Assembly (NCBI RefSeq): GCF_009914755.1
Contig: NC_060925.1
Direction: 5' to 3' (one strand)
DNA length: 64,000 nucleotides
Source: the human T2T-CHM13v2.0 reference genome, Homo sapiens
Below, in pieces: positions 43,825 to 58,555 of this stretch. The notes under the pieces were generated by a model, which did no database searches, had not been told where the DNA came from, and saw only the letters and a list, made by a program, of their open reading frames with translations. Positions within the stretch are counted from its first letter, which is position 1. Each line of letters opens with the position of its first letter. The position numbers were made by a program, and so were the translations under genes.

Positions 43825-43928
43825 CTGTATCTTCCAAATTTTAGTGAGTTCATCTAACGACAATTTACTACCCAAGAGTTCAATAATTCCCTTTATACGG
43901 TCACAGTATTGTGCTTGGTCTATGTTGC
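43825..43928 (-). CDS. USP24: USP24 exon ~12 (104 nt): (G)NIDQAQYCDRIKG...KIWKIQ
   Basis: Acceptor caattag|GC, donor CAG|gtaggt; phase 1 to 0. Confidence 0.94.
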
Positions 43929-44132
43929 CTAATTGAAGAAACATGAGAGAGAAAGTCAGATATAGTGAACACTGACTCTCTAAATATAATTCTATTGATT
44001 CAAAACAATAACTTACTATAAGATCATTTAAAGACTAATACAGTCAAAGCAACAATTTTGTATACTTTTTAATACAAAGATATATTATTTAAATTATGTG
44101 TTAGGTAATTTTTATTTTTGAAAGCAACTTAC

Positions 44133-44247
44133 CTTCCAGTGCAATCGACAGAACTGAGTTTTCAACTAGCCAATCTAATAATCTGTCTGTATCTATAGCA
44201 TTCTTCACAGATTTGGATAAAGTGCTATCTTCTATTAGTTTGGTTAC
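44133..44247 (-). CDS. USP24: USP24 exon ~11 (115 nt): VTKLIEDSTLSK...VLSIALE(G)
   Basis: Acceptor tttag|GTA, donor AAG|gtaagt; phase 0 to 1. Confidence 0.94.
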
Positions 44248-44427
44248 CTAAAAAGATAAGATTATTGTGACTGAGTCTAATATACATTATCAAATATTTA
44301 TATAGATAGATAGATAATTTTTACAATGTTACAATGTGCTTCAATAACTAGCCAAAATATATCAAAGGCCAGTTATAAGAAGTTAACAGACTACCATTTG
44401 TGATGTCCCTTTAAAAAGAACATGGAG

Positions 44428-45226
<799 letters not shown>

Positions 45227-45754
45227 AAAACCGAAGGAAAAAATAAGTGAATTATAACTGAACTGCATTGGCTCCATGTGTCACACACCAAAACCAACTG
45301 TGCTGTTTCTGTGGATATGATAACAAATTCAGAAAGCTACAGAAAATTATTTCCATCATTTTGCTTTGACCAACACTGCTGCAGTCATTTAGTTTTTGTC
45401 CCAACCCCAGTTAGAAGATTTGGTTTAAGTAAACTTACACCTGAAATAAAACAAAACCAACTGTACCCTTAGAGCAAAAGTAAATCTCAAACTGTATATT
45501 CTAAGGGATTATATTCTAGGAAATTTCACAAAAACAGTAAATATTTTAAATATTTCAGATGTAAATTTTGAAAGTAACACAGAAGATGTCTTTACCAACA
45601 ATTATATACAACATTTTATACACAATCATTCTCTTTTTTATATGATTACAATAAATTATTCATATTTCCCAAAATTGTTATATTAATAAGCATACATCTT
45701 GGCAGAACTTAGTATCTGTGCATTAAGTCTTGTAGAAACAAATGAAAAACTTAC

Positions 45755-45913
45755 TTCTTTGAGAGAATTCATCTTAGCACTGAAATGTGGTGATTTCAGC
45801 ATGCGCAATAGAATATCTAGTCGAAGGTCATCCACAATTGTCACCAGATCCGGTTGGAAGCGCATGCAAAGTAACTTAACGGCAGACAAGAGCTCAGGGA
45901 TGCTAACCAATCT
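45755..45913 (-). CDS. USP24: USP24 exon ~10 (159 nt): RLVSIPELLSAVKLLCMRF...AKMNSLKE
   Basis: Acceptor caataaaag|AGA, donor GAA|gtaagt; ORF 45683..45910. Confidence 0.93.
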
Positions 45914-46487
45914 CTTTTATTGAATAAAAACAAAAAAACAAAAAAGGAACTGTAAAAACATTTTGATCCCAATTCTTATAACATACACAAGAATATAGGG
46001 TAACAGTGGTCTGGCAGTATCTGATATTTTACAAGGCCAATTAACTTCATTTTGCTTAGAAACAAAACTTAGCACATGGGTGAGCAGTAAAGGAAAGGGA
46101 ATGGTCCTGTGAAAAATTTAGGGTAGACAAAATAAGTCATATTAAATTTAAATGGTAAAATTGCTTTAAACAACTCTGGGTAAGTTGTAACACTGTATTA
46201 TTTTAAAACTTTCTCTATGCCAATTGTGATACCATCAAAATCATGTTAGTAAAATTCTGAATGGTATCACTTACTGAGAACACTGTATTAACTCTATTGA
46301 CTAGAGGTAACAACCACCAATGGTGCTTCAGAAACAGCACTTTTTAATTAGGAAATGTAAAGTTAATTCGATGTGAATGCATGTGACCAGAATTCAAAGA
46401 GCATGGTGTGTGAACCCTGCTAAGTCCTGGCTCTGCTTCTGTGAACTAACTGGCACTGGGGCCTATCTGGCTGGAGAAGGCATTTAC

Positions 46488-46562
46488 CTTGTCTTTGAGG
46501 TCTTTCTCTTCTACACTCCGTACATCCTGGATTGTAGTAAGAATGACTGGGTCTAGCATGGG
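46488..46562 (-). CDS. USP24: USP24 exon ~9 (75 nt): PMLDPVILTTIQDVRSVEEKDLKDK
   Basis: Acceptor tctacag|CCC, donor AAG|gtaaat. Confidence 0.94.
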
Positions 46563-47968
46563 CTGTAGAAATAAAATGCTACAGTTAAGAACTCCCGAAG
46601 CTGTCCCAAAAGTAGAGAGAGAATACTTCTTCATCTACAATTCACAAAGGAGAAGGTGCAATGAAAAGATAAAAATTTTCATATCAGAGCAGCTACTAAC
46701 TAGCTAATACTGCCAAATAAACCCTTAACTGACTCTGCTTAATCTTAGGTGCCTCAGCTTCTTTACTATAATATGAGTACATTTTCTGTCATTACTATCT
46801 TATAAAGGTAATTTTGAAGAGTGACTCAAGACACACAGTCTAACTTTTAAAACACAGCATGAATTGTTTTTATAATAAATATTTTGTGCTTGATTTTTAA
46901 AACTGAATATAAACACAGACCATGGAAATTATGCTGTCATATGAACGATTTTTGCTTACTGATGTGAATGAGGCCTATAGATGAAATTCATACAATACAC
47001 TGCTCCAGAATGGTAACACAACCAGAAAACTAACTCTGAAGAGTATGTGAGAATGGTAAAGTATTAGCTATTAATACATCTAAATTACCACTTCCATCTA
47101 AGTAAGAAAATATTTAAAACTTAGCTGATGAAGAAAGAGATAAACAATATTTGGCTGTCAAAGCCAAGAATACATTAGCAATGAGCTAAAATGACATCAG
47201 GCAGTTATCCAGATAGAATTTCTTCTTTTACACTTAATGCCAATTGTATAGGAAGGAGAGCGAGCTGTTATGGTTAAGAGAGTCATAGTGCTCTTTTCAG
47301 CACATGCTGTTTAATCCTTACTGCAACTCTTGAGACAGCTATTACTATTATGGCCATTCCACAGATTAGGAAATTGAGGCATACAAGTTAAATAAGAGTC
47401 TTCTGAAGTCATACAAGTAGCAAGTAGTAGAGACAACTGTTATGTAAGTAACATGTATTATATGAGTTTATTGCTGAATGAATTTAATTTTGGATGGTTT
47501 GACATAATTAAAATAAAGATGAAGTCAGATGTGCTTGGTTGGGAATTCATACACTTCTTGTTCTTTTTAAGGTACACTCTGTTTACATATATAAAATCTG
47601 GAATTTCTAAAGACCTTAATATTAGTTAGCAGCTGGGGTATTTATGCTAAATTCTCTTCCACATAGCAAGGCATGAGCAAAGAGCATGTGTTTAAAACCC
47701 AATCCTGACCCTGATTATTAAAGTATTAATGTTTATTATTAAAATATTAAAAAGTCCAATCACTTTGCCTCTTTATGTCTTAGTGTTTCAACTATGAAAT
47801 TAATGATATTTATATGCTTAATAAACTGAAGGAACATTAGCTGTTTCTAAAGGTTTTAATATACAGAATGGAGAAATATGTAAACAGCCATCCTATTTCA
47901 CCTAAAACTCTTGCAGGATTACCTTGACATCTAAAGAAAGCATTTAACATTTAGAAATTACAGAAATT

Positions 47969-48418
<450 letters not shown>

Positions 48419-49075
48419 TTATGGTGATTTTTTAAAAGCTCTATAGAAGTTATAGGGTCCACAGACTTATTTATAAAAATAAATAAACAGAAGTATTTCA
48501 ACGTGACATTTTGTTCGGTAAAACTTGTTAACTGAAATGAAGGAAACAGGATAGCAGAATAGGCTTTTAGCATTAGAAAACTGAACACTCACAGCTTTGA
48601 CTGTTCTATGACCTGCTGACTTACAATCCTACGGAGGTAGGAAATCAGACAAGATGTGCTGTTAAGCTGGTATTCAGAAGTGAGCAACTGAGCCAGTAAG
48701 TGAGCCTAGCCGATTTAATACATAAATACTAATCTGATTCAATACATAATGGCATTAAATCCTTAAATAATCCTGTGAAGCAAATAAGGATATGCTGCCT
48801 ACTTTATAGATAAGAAAATGAAAAATAAATAAAAATTATATTTTATAAAATGATAAACTGAAAAGGTAAATGGCCTTCTCAAATGTTAGGTCTCCTATAC
48901 TTCAAATTATTCAACAATTTTTATTATCTGATGGCATTTTTATTAAAAGGACAGCTAATGTGAAAAAAGGAGTTACTCTGGATTAAAGACCACTCTGAAT
49001 AACCTGATAAAAAGAAGTTATTACTGTTTGCATGTCTTCAATCATATGAAGTAATGTGAAATGGTTTAATCCTAC

Positions 49076-49141
49076 CTGTACCACGGAGGAATTGAGGTAC
49101 TCTGCACACACTCCTAAGGGCTGAATCAGTGCTGAGACAGC
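49076..49141 (-). CDS. USP24: USP24 exon ~8 (66 nt): AVSALIQPLGVCAEYLNSSVVQ
   Basis: Acceptor tttccag|GCT, donor CAG|gtagga; within ORF 48983..49219. Confidence 0.94.
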
Positions 49142-49299
49142 CTGGAAAAAGACAGTGAAGATTAAAAATACATTTGAGAGGATTTTTTTCCTGTCAAAAT
49201 TAAACAAATCCCTTTTCATGTATCAGAGAAAAGTTTAAATAGTGAGTTGATCAAGTCATGAATAGAAGACTAGAGAAACTAAACTCCTGGATAGAAAGA

Positions 49300-51100
49300 A
49301 TTGATATAAAGATGTCAACCCGCTTAAATTATTATAGAAATTTAATGTAATTTAAATCAGAATATGTCAATAAAACATCTTTGGAGAATTAGATAAAATG
49401 ATTTTAAAGTTACATTGTAGAATACTATACATTTTTTTAAAAAAGGAGAGAATAGCTGAGGCATGAAATATTCCTTAAACAAAAAACACTGAAGGCTTAC
49501 TTGAAGAAAATTATAAAACCTTACTAAAATACATTAAAGCAGCCCAAATAAATGGGGAGACACCATGTTTCTAAATGGAAAAGACCATTATTGTAAAAAC
49601 ATCAATTCTCTCTGCACTGACCTATAAATTTAATGCAATTCCAAACACGATCTCAGTAGAATTTTCTACAGCAGAACCTGACAGGTTGACTACACCCAGA
49701 ACATTAAAAATATGGAAACAATAAAAAATTTTTTTAGAAAAGAATGATACTGGGCAGAAGTGACACTACCAGTAATGAACACAATGTTGCAACAGTACAG
49801 AAATGAACCAAATAATGAATGAATTAATAAATGACTGGAACAGAGGTCCAGAAACAAATCCATTGGCACACGGGCCTTTGATATTATTAAGCCAGCAACT
49901 ACAAATAATAAGGAAAAGAGAGATTATTCAACAGAGGATCTAACAACAATTGGCTACCTATTTGGAAGAAAATAAAATTAAATCCCTATCTTTTCAAATA
50001 TACAAAAATAAATTCTAAATGAATTCAAGGACTAAGTTAAAAAAATAAAAATATGAAAGTATAAAAAGAAAAAATATATTTTTATAAACTTGAGGTGGGA
50101 GAACATTATCTAAGCAAGTTAGAAAACTTTTAAGACACCAAGGAAAAATTTGACTACGTAAAAGTCTGAAACTTCTATATAGCAAAAGATACCATCAATA
50201 AAAATGAAAAGAAGCAAAATACTAGGAGAAAAGATTTACAAATATGCAAAATAGATACAGCATTGATAAGCTTAATATAAAAATAATTCCTAAAAATTAA
50301 CAAAACACGTCACCCAAAGAGACCTAAATAAACTAGGTCAATTCACAGAAGAAATACAAATAACCAATAATCATATGACAAAATGCTCAAGTTCACAAGA
50401 AATCAGAGTATTACATATTAAATAATAAAATACCATTTTTTGTCCATCATACTGGAACATTAAAGATTGAAAATATTTAGCACTAATGAGACTATTATGA
50501 AATGGGTTTGTGGGAGTACTGATGGGCAAAAAAGCTTTTTAGAAAGACATTTAGCACTGTCAATTATAATTTTAAAACAAATATACAGTTGACCCTTGAA
50601 CAAACAAGCTTGAATTGCATGGGTTCACTTACATGCAGATTTTTTGAACAAAATGAGGACTGAAAATACAATATTCCTGGGATGCAAAATCTGCATCCCA
50701 GATTGAAGGTTGACTTTTCATATACGTGAGCTCTGCAGGGCTGCCTACAGGATTTGAGTATAGACAGATTCTGGTATACCCAGAATCCTGGAACCAATCC
50801 CCCAGTATACCAAGGAATGACTGTAATCTTCAACTCAGAAATCTCATTCTCTAGGTATTGATCTTTCAGAAATAGTTGCACGTACATGAAGACATATTTA
50901 TAAGGAACACTCTCTATAATAGCAAAAACATAGAAATAATCCAATGCCCATTAGTAAGTGTCTGCATCATGGTATACCATTTGCAGAAATATATCACTTG
51001 CAGTCATTAAAAACACTGATAGTACTAACCTGGAAAGATGACCATGATATTATGTTAAATGAAAGTATACAACCAGGTATAGCTTGATAATTTAGGTTTA
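49300..51100 (+). mobile_element. Ancient L1M fragments (ORF2 3' part)
   Basis: A-rich degenerate L1 motifs (aaatttaatgcaattccaa, attggctacctatttggaag, attcacagaagaaatacaaat); boundaries approximate. Confidence 0.6.
50586..50824. mobile_element. MER8-like TcMar-Tigger MITE
   Basis: TA-flanked TIRs cagttgacccttg...caaggaatgactg; about 240 bp. Confidence 0.7.
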
Positions 51101-52761
51101 GGAGAAAAAGAGAGAGAGAGAAAGAACATGCATAGATTTATATAAATTCAGGGAAAAGCCAGAAAGGCATGTGTTAAACTGGTAACCGTTACCTAGGTAT
51201 GTGTGTGGGGATCAGGAAGAAGGATGAGCAACAACTTTCATTTCTTGTTTTGTATAGGTGTTTTTAACTAGTGGGCTTGTGAGTGATATTTTTTCCTAGT
51301 ATTTTTAAATTCCAAAGTTGTACTCAGACTTAATATTATGGCCTAAATTTATCCTGGGACACAGCCACCTTAACTGGTCAGAAATTCAGCACGTGTGAAT
51401 TCTAATTGTACCTGTCTCCTACAAAAGTCCACACCTTTGGAATCTCTCCAATGCCTGAGTGTTACTATCCCCTCAATACAACCTAAACAATATAATTCTG
51501 TGTCAACTGCAGCAGACAACACAATTGTTCTGAAAAATGGTCTGACCTTATGGAAAAATCTTGCAAGACTCTTTAACTTTAGCACATTTGATAATAATGA
51601 GGGCTATGCCCAGATTCCCATCTATCTATCCTGAGCCAATTTTCATCCAAGTAGGATAGAAATTTGGGAGTGCTCTGTATTTTTTTTTTTTTAACCCTGG
51701 ATCTGAAGAGGTTTTTCTTTGGTTTTGCTTTTTAAATTGTTATATATTATCTTCCAACTCAATGAAGTCCTTTCCAACATACTTGATCTATTGAATGGGG
51801 ATCACAAGGACAGTTCAACAACCTAATTAACTTCCAGGGAAGCAAGTGGAGGCTTCTGCATCAGTGTCTGTGATATGGCAGACATCTGATCTTTAGGATA
51901 AACACTGGGTGGCAAGAAAGAGTCAATCTATTACTACACCATCAGTCTCTCTCCTTGAGCATTGCTATTTCCTTCACCCATAGAGGGACCAATAGGAATT
52001 GATTAGTCATGGTTTCACAAAAATAACTGCAACTGTAAGCACAATCTGTAACACCTGGGTGTATTATTTTAACACATTATTTTCTGTACTGATCAAATTA
52101 CAGCAGATAGCGCAGTGTCTTATTCATGCCAAGTACGTAATAGTTTTTAGTTGAATGATTAATTAGAGAAAAGAATGAAGTGCTCTCAGCAACAAACAGG
52201 TCAACAGTGTCTGAAAAATTAAAGATTAGTTATTCCCCTAACTATGAGGTTATGTTTTGAGAAAATGAAGTTGATATGAACACTGCACCTGATGATTCTA
52301 AGCTCCCATGTTATAGCCATTTGTTATCTAGAAGTTTTTGTAACACCAAAAAGCTTACTAAACAACTCTGTTAAAAGTATTTTTATTTGTGCCTGAGTCT
52401 ATGAAGTAAATTCTGATTTTATATAATCGTTTAACTGAGCCATAAAATTGTTATGCATATATATACTTGCCACATATAGCAACCAACTTTAAACAGTAAG
52501 ATAATTTCATGTAACCATTACAAATTAAGAGAAAAATGCCACAGGTAAAGAAAAAATAGTGAGGAAAAAACTCTACATAGCAATTTGGTTATAATTAGGA
52601 GTAAACATTTCTTTGGTTATCAGGACCGTGGAATCTGCTCCTCTAAAGATGAACCTTTAATTTAACATTTAACTTGGCATGTCCAGACCATATCCTCTGG
52701 CTGTACACCAACTCAAGTGAAATGAATTTCCACAGTGAGCATATACAGTAGTTTAACTTAC

Positions 52762-52827
52762 CCCAAGTTCTATATCTTCTGAATGGAGCTTGGCTTGGAT
52801 TGCTGCAAATCCACCTAATTCTCCAAA
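52762..52827 (-). CDS. USP24: USP24 exon ~7 (66 nt): FGELGGFAAIQAKLHSEDIELG
   Basis: Acceptor ttctcag|TTT, donor GGG|gtaagt. Confidence 0.94.
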
Positions 52828-52865
52828 CTGAGAAGAAAAAAGGCACACATTAAGTTATTTTTCTC

Positions 52866-53100
52866 TTTAATTTTTTTATTTTGAAAAATTTCTATTGGTA
52901 CATAGTAGGTGTATATGTTTATGGGGCACACGAGATGTTTTGATACAGGCATACAATGTGAAATAAGCACATCATGGAGAATGGGTTTTCCATCCCCTCA
53001 AGCATTTATCCTTTGAGTTACAAACAATCCAATTATATTATTTAAGTTATTTAAAAATATACAATTAAGTTATTATTGACTGCAGTCATCCTATTGTACT
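52866..53100 (-). mobile_element. L1MA1/2-like 3' end fragment, sense to USP24
   Basis: ggtacatagtaggtgtatat...catcccctcaagcatttatcctttgagttacaaacaatcc. Confidence 0.75.
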
Positions 53101-53444
53101 ACACATATTAATTTTAAAATATTATATATTAATAATTTAAGCAAGGAACTAAAGCTAAAATTCTACTTTATCGTTGTGCTCCGTAACATTGGTCTTGAGA
53201 GAATCCTTGCATTGATCCTTCTAATGCTCCTGTGGCATACTGCAGATAGTACTAAGTCCAAAAGCTGATGTTTACCTGCTAGTATTGTACATACAAAAAA
53301 AGGAAGAAAATATGAAATCCACTCCTTAAAGCATTTTTTTTATTATTCTCTGCAGCTGCCATTTGCTTAATATACCAAACTCTAGGACGTCTCATTAGAA
53401 AATTGAAAATATGCTACATGACAATATTAACAAAAGTCATATAC

Positions 53445-53480
53445 CTTATTTACCAAATCCACAACCCATCCATGAGGCTC
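53445..53480 (-). CDS. USP24: USP24 exon ~6 (36 nt): EPHGWVVDLVNK
   Basis: Acceptor tctcatag|GAG, donor AAG|gtatat; phase 0 to 0. Confidence 0.92.
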
Positions 53481-53924
53481 CTATGAGAAAAGAAAAACAA
53501 AATTGAGATGGCAATATAAAAGCTTCCCCATTAACCCTTACATTTCTTTTATCCTAAATGAAAAGTCAGAAGAAAAATTATAAAAGTTTGGAAACTATTT
53601 TCAAAGTTTTTTTCCCAAACGCTTCCTAAGATGTCTTTAACATTACTGTATATGATTTTGGGAGTCTGTAAGTCTGTATTTTGATGGAACTGCCACAATG
53701 TGGAGCATCTATGCATTTTTGGATAGCTGAGATCAGTTGTTTAAGCTCTCCAACATACAGGATAACCTGAGTTAAATTCTCCAAAAAAGTTTTATTTTAG
53801 AAATTAAAACTTAATTATTAACATAAGAAGCAGTAAATCAGCAGAGATTAAAAGTTTTAGTCCCAGTTAGATCATTAATTAATGCTCTTAAGCAAGCTCT
53901 ATTTTCTCCTCTTTTTCTTTTCTT

Positions 53925-55190
53925 TTTGAGCATTCACTGTTCTAGGGACTAGATACAGAACAGTGACTACGAAGAGATGTTGTACCTGCTTTTATGAAGC
54001 TCATTCTAGCAGGGTCAACAAAACCAAGTAGAGCATCATATACAGAAGACAATTCAAATTGTGCTAAGTCCCACGAAAGGAAAAACAAAAAGGCCTCGAA
54101 AGAAAAATAGGACCTTCCTCTACTTGGGGTGGTGGTCATGAAAGACTTCTCTGAAAACATAATCTTTAAAGGACAAGACAGATGTAGCCGTTTAAAGAAC
54201 AGTCCAGGCAGAGAGGCTAAAATGGCAAAGGTCCTGATGGGGGATGGCAGAAAAGACTCTGCTGTGTTTAAAAAACTCTCCCAGCTGGGACACGGTGAGC
54301 CAGGAGTGGCAGAGATGAGGTTGTACAGAGAGGCAAAGAATGTAGATCATGGAGACACTTACAGACCATAATTAGAAAGAAAGCAACAGAAGCGTTTTCA
54401 GGAAGAGAGTGTTTTATATTTTAAGGTCACTCTTGCAGTTCTGTGAAGAATGGAATGGAATAGATGAATGGGAGAATGAGACATAGTCAGACACAACCAG
54501 TCAGAACGCCAGTGCAGTGTCTAGATAGTTCACAGCTGTGTGTGGAGAAGGATGGCAGCAGAAGGCGCCGAGAGAGGTCAAATGGAGACATATTAGAGAT
54601 TAAATCAAAGGACTTGTTTATGGTTTGGTTATTCTTTATTCAAGGAATGAATCCTGGCTGACTCCTATGTTTCTGGCCTGAGCATCTAGATAGATGATGA
54701 TGTTATTTACTAAAAAGGAGAATAAAGGCTGGAGAGGCAAAATGAAATTCCATTTCAGACACACTAAGTTTGAGAACTCTGTATGGCAACCAAAAGGAGA
54801 TAATTGACTCTTCAAGTCTGGTATACTCAGAGAAGAGGTTTGGGCCACAGAGATATAAATTGGAGGGCCATCGGCATAAATATGACATTTAAATCCATTA
54901 GAGAAAGTGTAGTGAATAAAGAAAGGAAGCGCTGAAGATCAAAACTGGATAGAGGTGAAGGAGTCAACAGAGGAAACATGGCTTGGGGGCAAGCAGAAAC
55001 ACAAGGCACTGCAGTATCCTGAAAGCCAAGCAAGAAATATCTCCAAGAAGGGAGCAACTGGGGTCAGTGCTGTTGATGGGGGTCAAGGGACATTTCTTTC
55101 CAATCTGGAAACATGCAGGGGTGTTGGTGTCTTAACGAGAATTATTTCAGCAGATGGTGGACGAAGGCAGAATGGAATGCCCTGAAAAGT
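53925..55190 (-). mobile_element. LINE-2 fragment
   Basis: tttgagcatt...gaagctcattctagc followed by a purine-rich L2 body; boundaries approximate. Confidence 0.65.
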
Positions 55191-55194
55191 TAGT

Positions 55195-56890
55195 AGACTT
55201 CTGTCTAAGTATCCTAAATGGTTCTCCAGCTAAAAATAACACTACTGGATAAAAACACTAAAATATAATATTTTAAAAAATATAGTTGAGTTGACAAAAA
55301 AAAAAATTAAAAAGCTCAGAAGCTTAAAACGAAGAGAAAGCAGGAATCCTGTGAGACAGGCAGGAAGGCTCTGAAGCCAGATTCACCCACAGGCAGCTGC
55401 AGAGCCCTGGTGACCGTAAGTGTCCATTTGCAGGAGAAAAGGACATCAACCCCAGGTGGGACAGGGTGACTCAAGAAGGAAATGCAACGCAAAGCTGGAA
55501 CTAAAGGGCTACATCCTTGGTGTCAGATGAACTGAAATAGATTTACCTGCGGAAAGGGAAAATAAGGATGCCTAAAGGGAGAAAAAAATTCTCCAAGAAT
55601 TCATAACCACAGAATTGCCCTCATATGGCTTTACTGCTCAAATTCACACTGACATTATGGTCTGAAAAACCTTAAGTTGATAATTTATTCTAAAATGGTC
55701 ACAAACTGTAGTGCTTCCAGGCACTTACCAAAAAGTACATCCTTTTTGGAAGAAAGAACTTTCAACTTAAGCCTCAAACTGCCCCCTCCTAGATTAAATG
55801 CTAAGAAATATGAGTTCACAGAAAAATGAACAAACAAATAAGTATACATATATTTCCATACACCTACATACATACACAAAGCAAGTGAGTAAAAGCCAGC
55901 AGAATCAGACTTGTAAATATCAGGCACAGAATATAAAGTAAGCATTAAACAAATTAGGGCTTGAAAATATGAGTTAAGAACATGAGACAATACAAAATGA
56001 AACAGTCAAAAAAACAAAATTTATATAAATTAAAAATTCAGTAACCAAAATTAAAGACTTAAATAAACAAGTTAAACAGCAAAGTAGATATAAATTTAAA
56101 AAAAATCCGTGAATTGTACTACTATAGATCTGGAAAAAAGTTATCACAATTGCAACACAAGGAGACAAAAAAATGGAAAATGTGAAAAGGTGTTAAGGGT
56201 CACAGAGGACAGAATGAGTCAGTCTAACATGTATCCAATCAAGTTTCAGAAGAAGAGAGACTAATGGGGAAGAGGGAATATTTTAAAAGATAAAGGCTGA
56301 GAAATTTCCAGAATTGATGTAAGACATTAACCATAGATTCAGAAGCCCAATGAATCTGAAGCAAAATAAATAAAAAGAATACCATGGTTAATCACATTAC
56401 AATCAAATTTACAAACATTAAAGAGAAAGAAAAGATTTCAAAATACAGCCATGGAGGAGAGAGAGACTTCTAATAGAAGAACCACAGTCAGATCAATAGC
56501 CAACTTCTCCACAGCAATAATCAAAGCCACAAGACAGTGAAATGGTATCTTTAATATTCTGAGAGAAAAGAAATATCATCTAGACTTTTGAACCCAGTGA
56601 AAATACATACTTCAAGGAATGGGAAATAAAGTAAAGTTCAGGCCATCAAAAACCAAGACTTACCCACAAACAGAACCTTACTAAAGGATTCTTTATAGAA
56701 TGCACTATCAACTTTACCGGGTAAAAAATGATAGGAGGGGACTAAGACAATGCACAAGTAAAATAAAGAGGTAATGAATCATTTAAGAGGGGAGCGAGCA
56801 CATGCAACATTCTAAGGTCTTTATGTACTGCTCAAGGAGGAGAAAGATACTAGTGAAATTTAGATTTTGTTTAGTAAGTTAACATTTTAG
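55195..56890 (+). mobile_element. Ancient L1M/HAL1 ORF1-like remnant
   Basis: ggctgagaaatttccagaattgatg...gattcagaagcccaatgaat and acagtcagatcaatagccaacttctc are ORF1-like motifs; no intact ORF. Confidence 0.55.
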
Positions 56891-57344
56891 GATAACCACT
56901 GAAAGAATAACTGAGAGGGAGGACATGGAATCTTCAGGAGGTCTGGTTGGGAAGGGGAGCAGAGGACCATACAGAGGGATATGATATTAAAGGCAGAATA
57001 TTTAAAGATGGGAAATACTACATCATGTTGCATACAAGAGTAACAATCCCAACAGTGAGGGAAAGATTGAGGATACCAAAGAAAAAATAGAAAGCTGAAG
57101 GAGGAATATGCTTGAGAAGGCAAGAGAAGAGGGGATCTAGAGGAGAGAGAATTCCTTTGTGGTAATGAGAGGAAACACAAAGACTGCACCTTTCTGGGTC
57201 TCAGTGGATGCATACGTAAAGTGAAAAAAAGAGAATGAACATCTGCTGAGTGCTCACTAGAGTGAACCACCACGTTCAGTATTTCTATGTGTATTTGTCA
57301 CTTGATCTTCACAACACATCTGAAGAGAAGAGTTTAGCATTTGG

Positions 57345-57530
57345 GGAGGCAATACTGCATATGGTTAAAGAACATAGACTAGCTGCCTGCATGGGTTCTC
57401 CCTGTAACTAGGTATGTGGACTTGGGCAAGTACTTCACTTCTGTCTGTTTCAGTTCTCACCTATGAAATGGGGGTAAAAATAGTACCCAACTCAAAGAGC
57501 CATTGTGGGGATTAAATTCCAAAGTACATA
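57345..57530 (+). mobile_element. MIR SINE
   Basis: Core tgtggacttgggcaagtacttcacttctgtctgtttcagttctcacctatgaaatgggg. Confidence 0.7.
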
Positions 57531-58432
57531 TTCACTGTCCTTTCCACTCAGCTTTTTCCTCCTCTCTGGGGAACTGTCTGACTCCTCAAGGTGGCAATAA
57601 CTACCCCTTCCCCTGGATTCTATGTACAGTACATATTATTATAATTCCACCTACTATTTATTATGCTGTCATTTTTTTGTTTTCGTATTTCCTCCACTAT
57701 ACTACAAGCTAGTAATCACATCTTATTACTGTTTATATTAAAAGACAGGACTGTGTACTTATGTTTATACCTCAAACTTAGAATAATGCCAGACACATAG
57801 TAAATGTTAAATAAATGATTGCTGACCTAAACCTCTGCTTCCACTAAAGCAATGAACCAGTTTTCTATTGATTAAACTCAACTTCTTTCAACTGTTTCTG
57901 AAACCAAACAGTGTTTTAACTAAAGGACTGTTTAGATTATCTACTTCTTGTGAGTATACTCTTATTGGCAGACTGTAGTCTTTTGATATAAAATATACTG
58001 GTTCCAGGCCTGAAAAAGCAAGTTTTAATGCATATGAAGTTCAAAAGAAAATATATATGAGATTAAGTACTAGATTATTTTTTCTAGGTACAAGTAATCA
58101 TTTTAAATGCTATAGTCTCTCAACTCTCTCTAAGAAACTGGAACACCAATTAAACTGGGGTTCTGATAATCTAATAGATGACGCTAAAGACATTTCTCAT
58201 TTTACTAAACATCATTTCAAACCTATAAAATTCTTCATGATATTAGTTAAGAGCTATGGAAAAATTATGCACTGTCTGAAAAAAAATGTAGGCAATTTTA
58301 TGAGCCAGATGGGATATTTGTCATTTTTCAGATTGTTTTAATCCTCCCATGTAACTTGTCTTTTTTATAGCACAGAAAATCTTCTTTTTCAATACATTTT
58401 TCTATAAAAAGATGAAACTAAATGATGTTTAC

Positions 58433-58555
58433 CTTTTGGAAAGTCGATACAGGTGAAACAGCAAACATATTTCCCTCTCCAAACACTTCTGCCCAATTCC
58501 TTTGAGACACTTTCATTCTGTTTTTAAAATGGTATTCATTATCAGGATTGAAAGC
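58433..58555 (-). CDS. USP24: USP24 exon ~5 (123 nt): AFNPDNEYHFKNRMK...VSTFQK
   Basis: Acceptor tctag|GCT, donor AAG|gtaaac; phase 0 to 0. Confidence 0.94.

Noticed and set aside
56887-57273. 128-aa minus-strand ORF
   Set aside because: Low-complexity, repeat-like sequence with no splice-compatible link to USP24.
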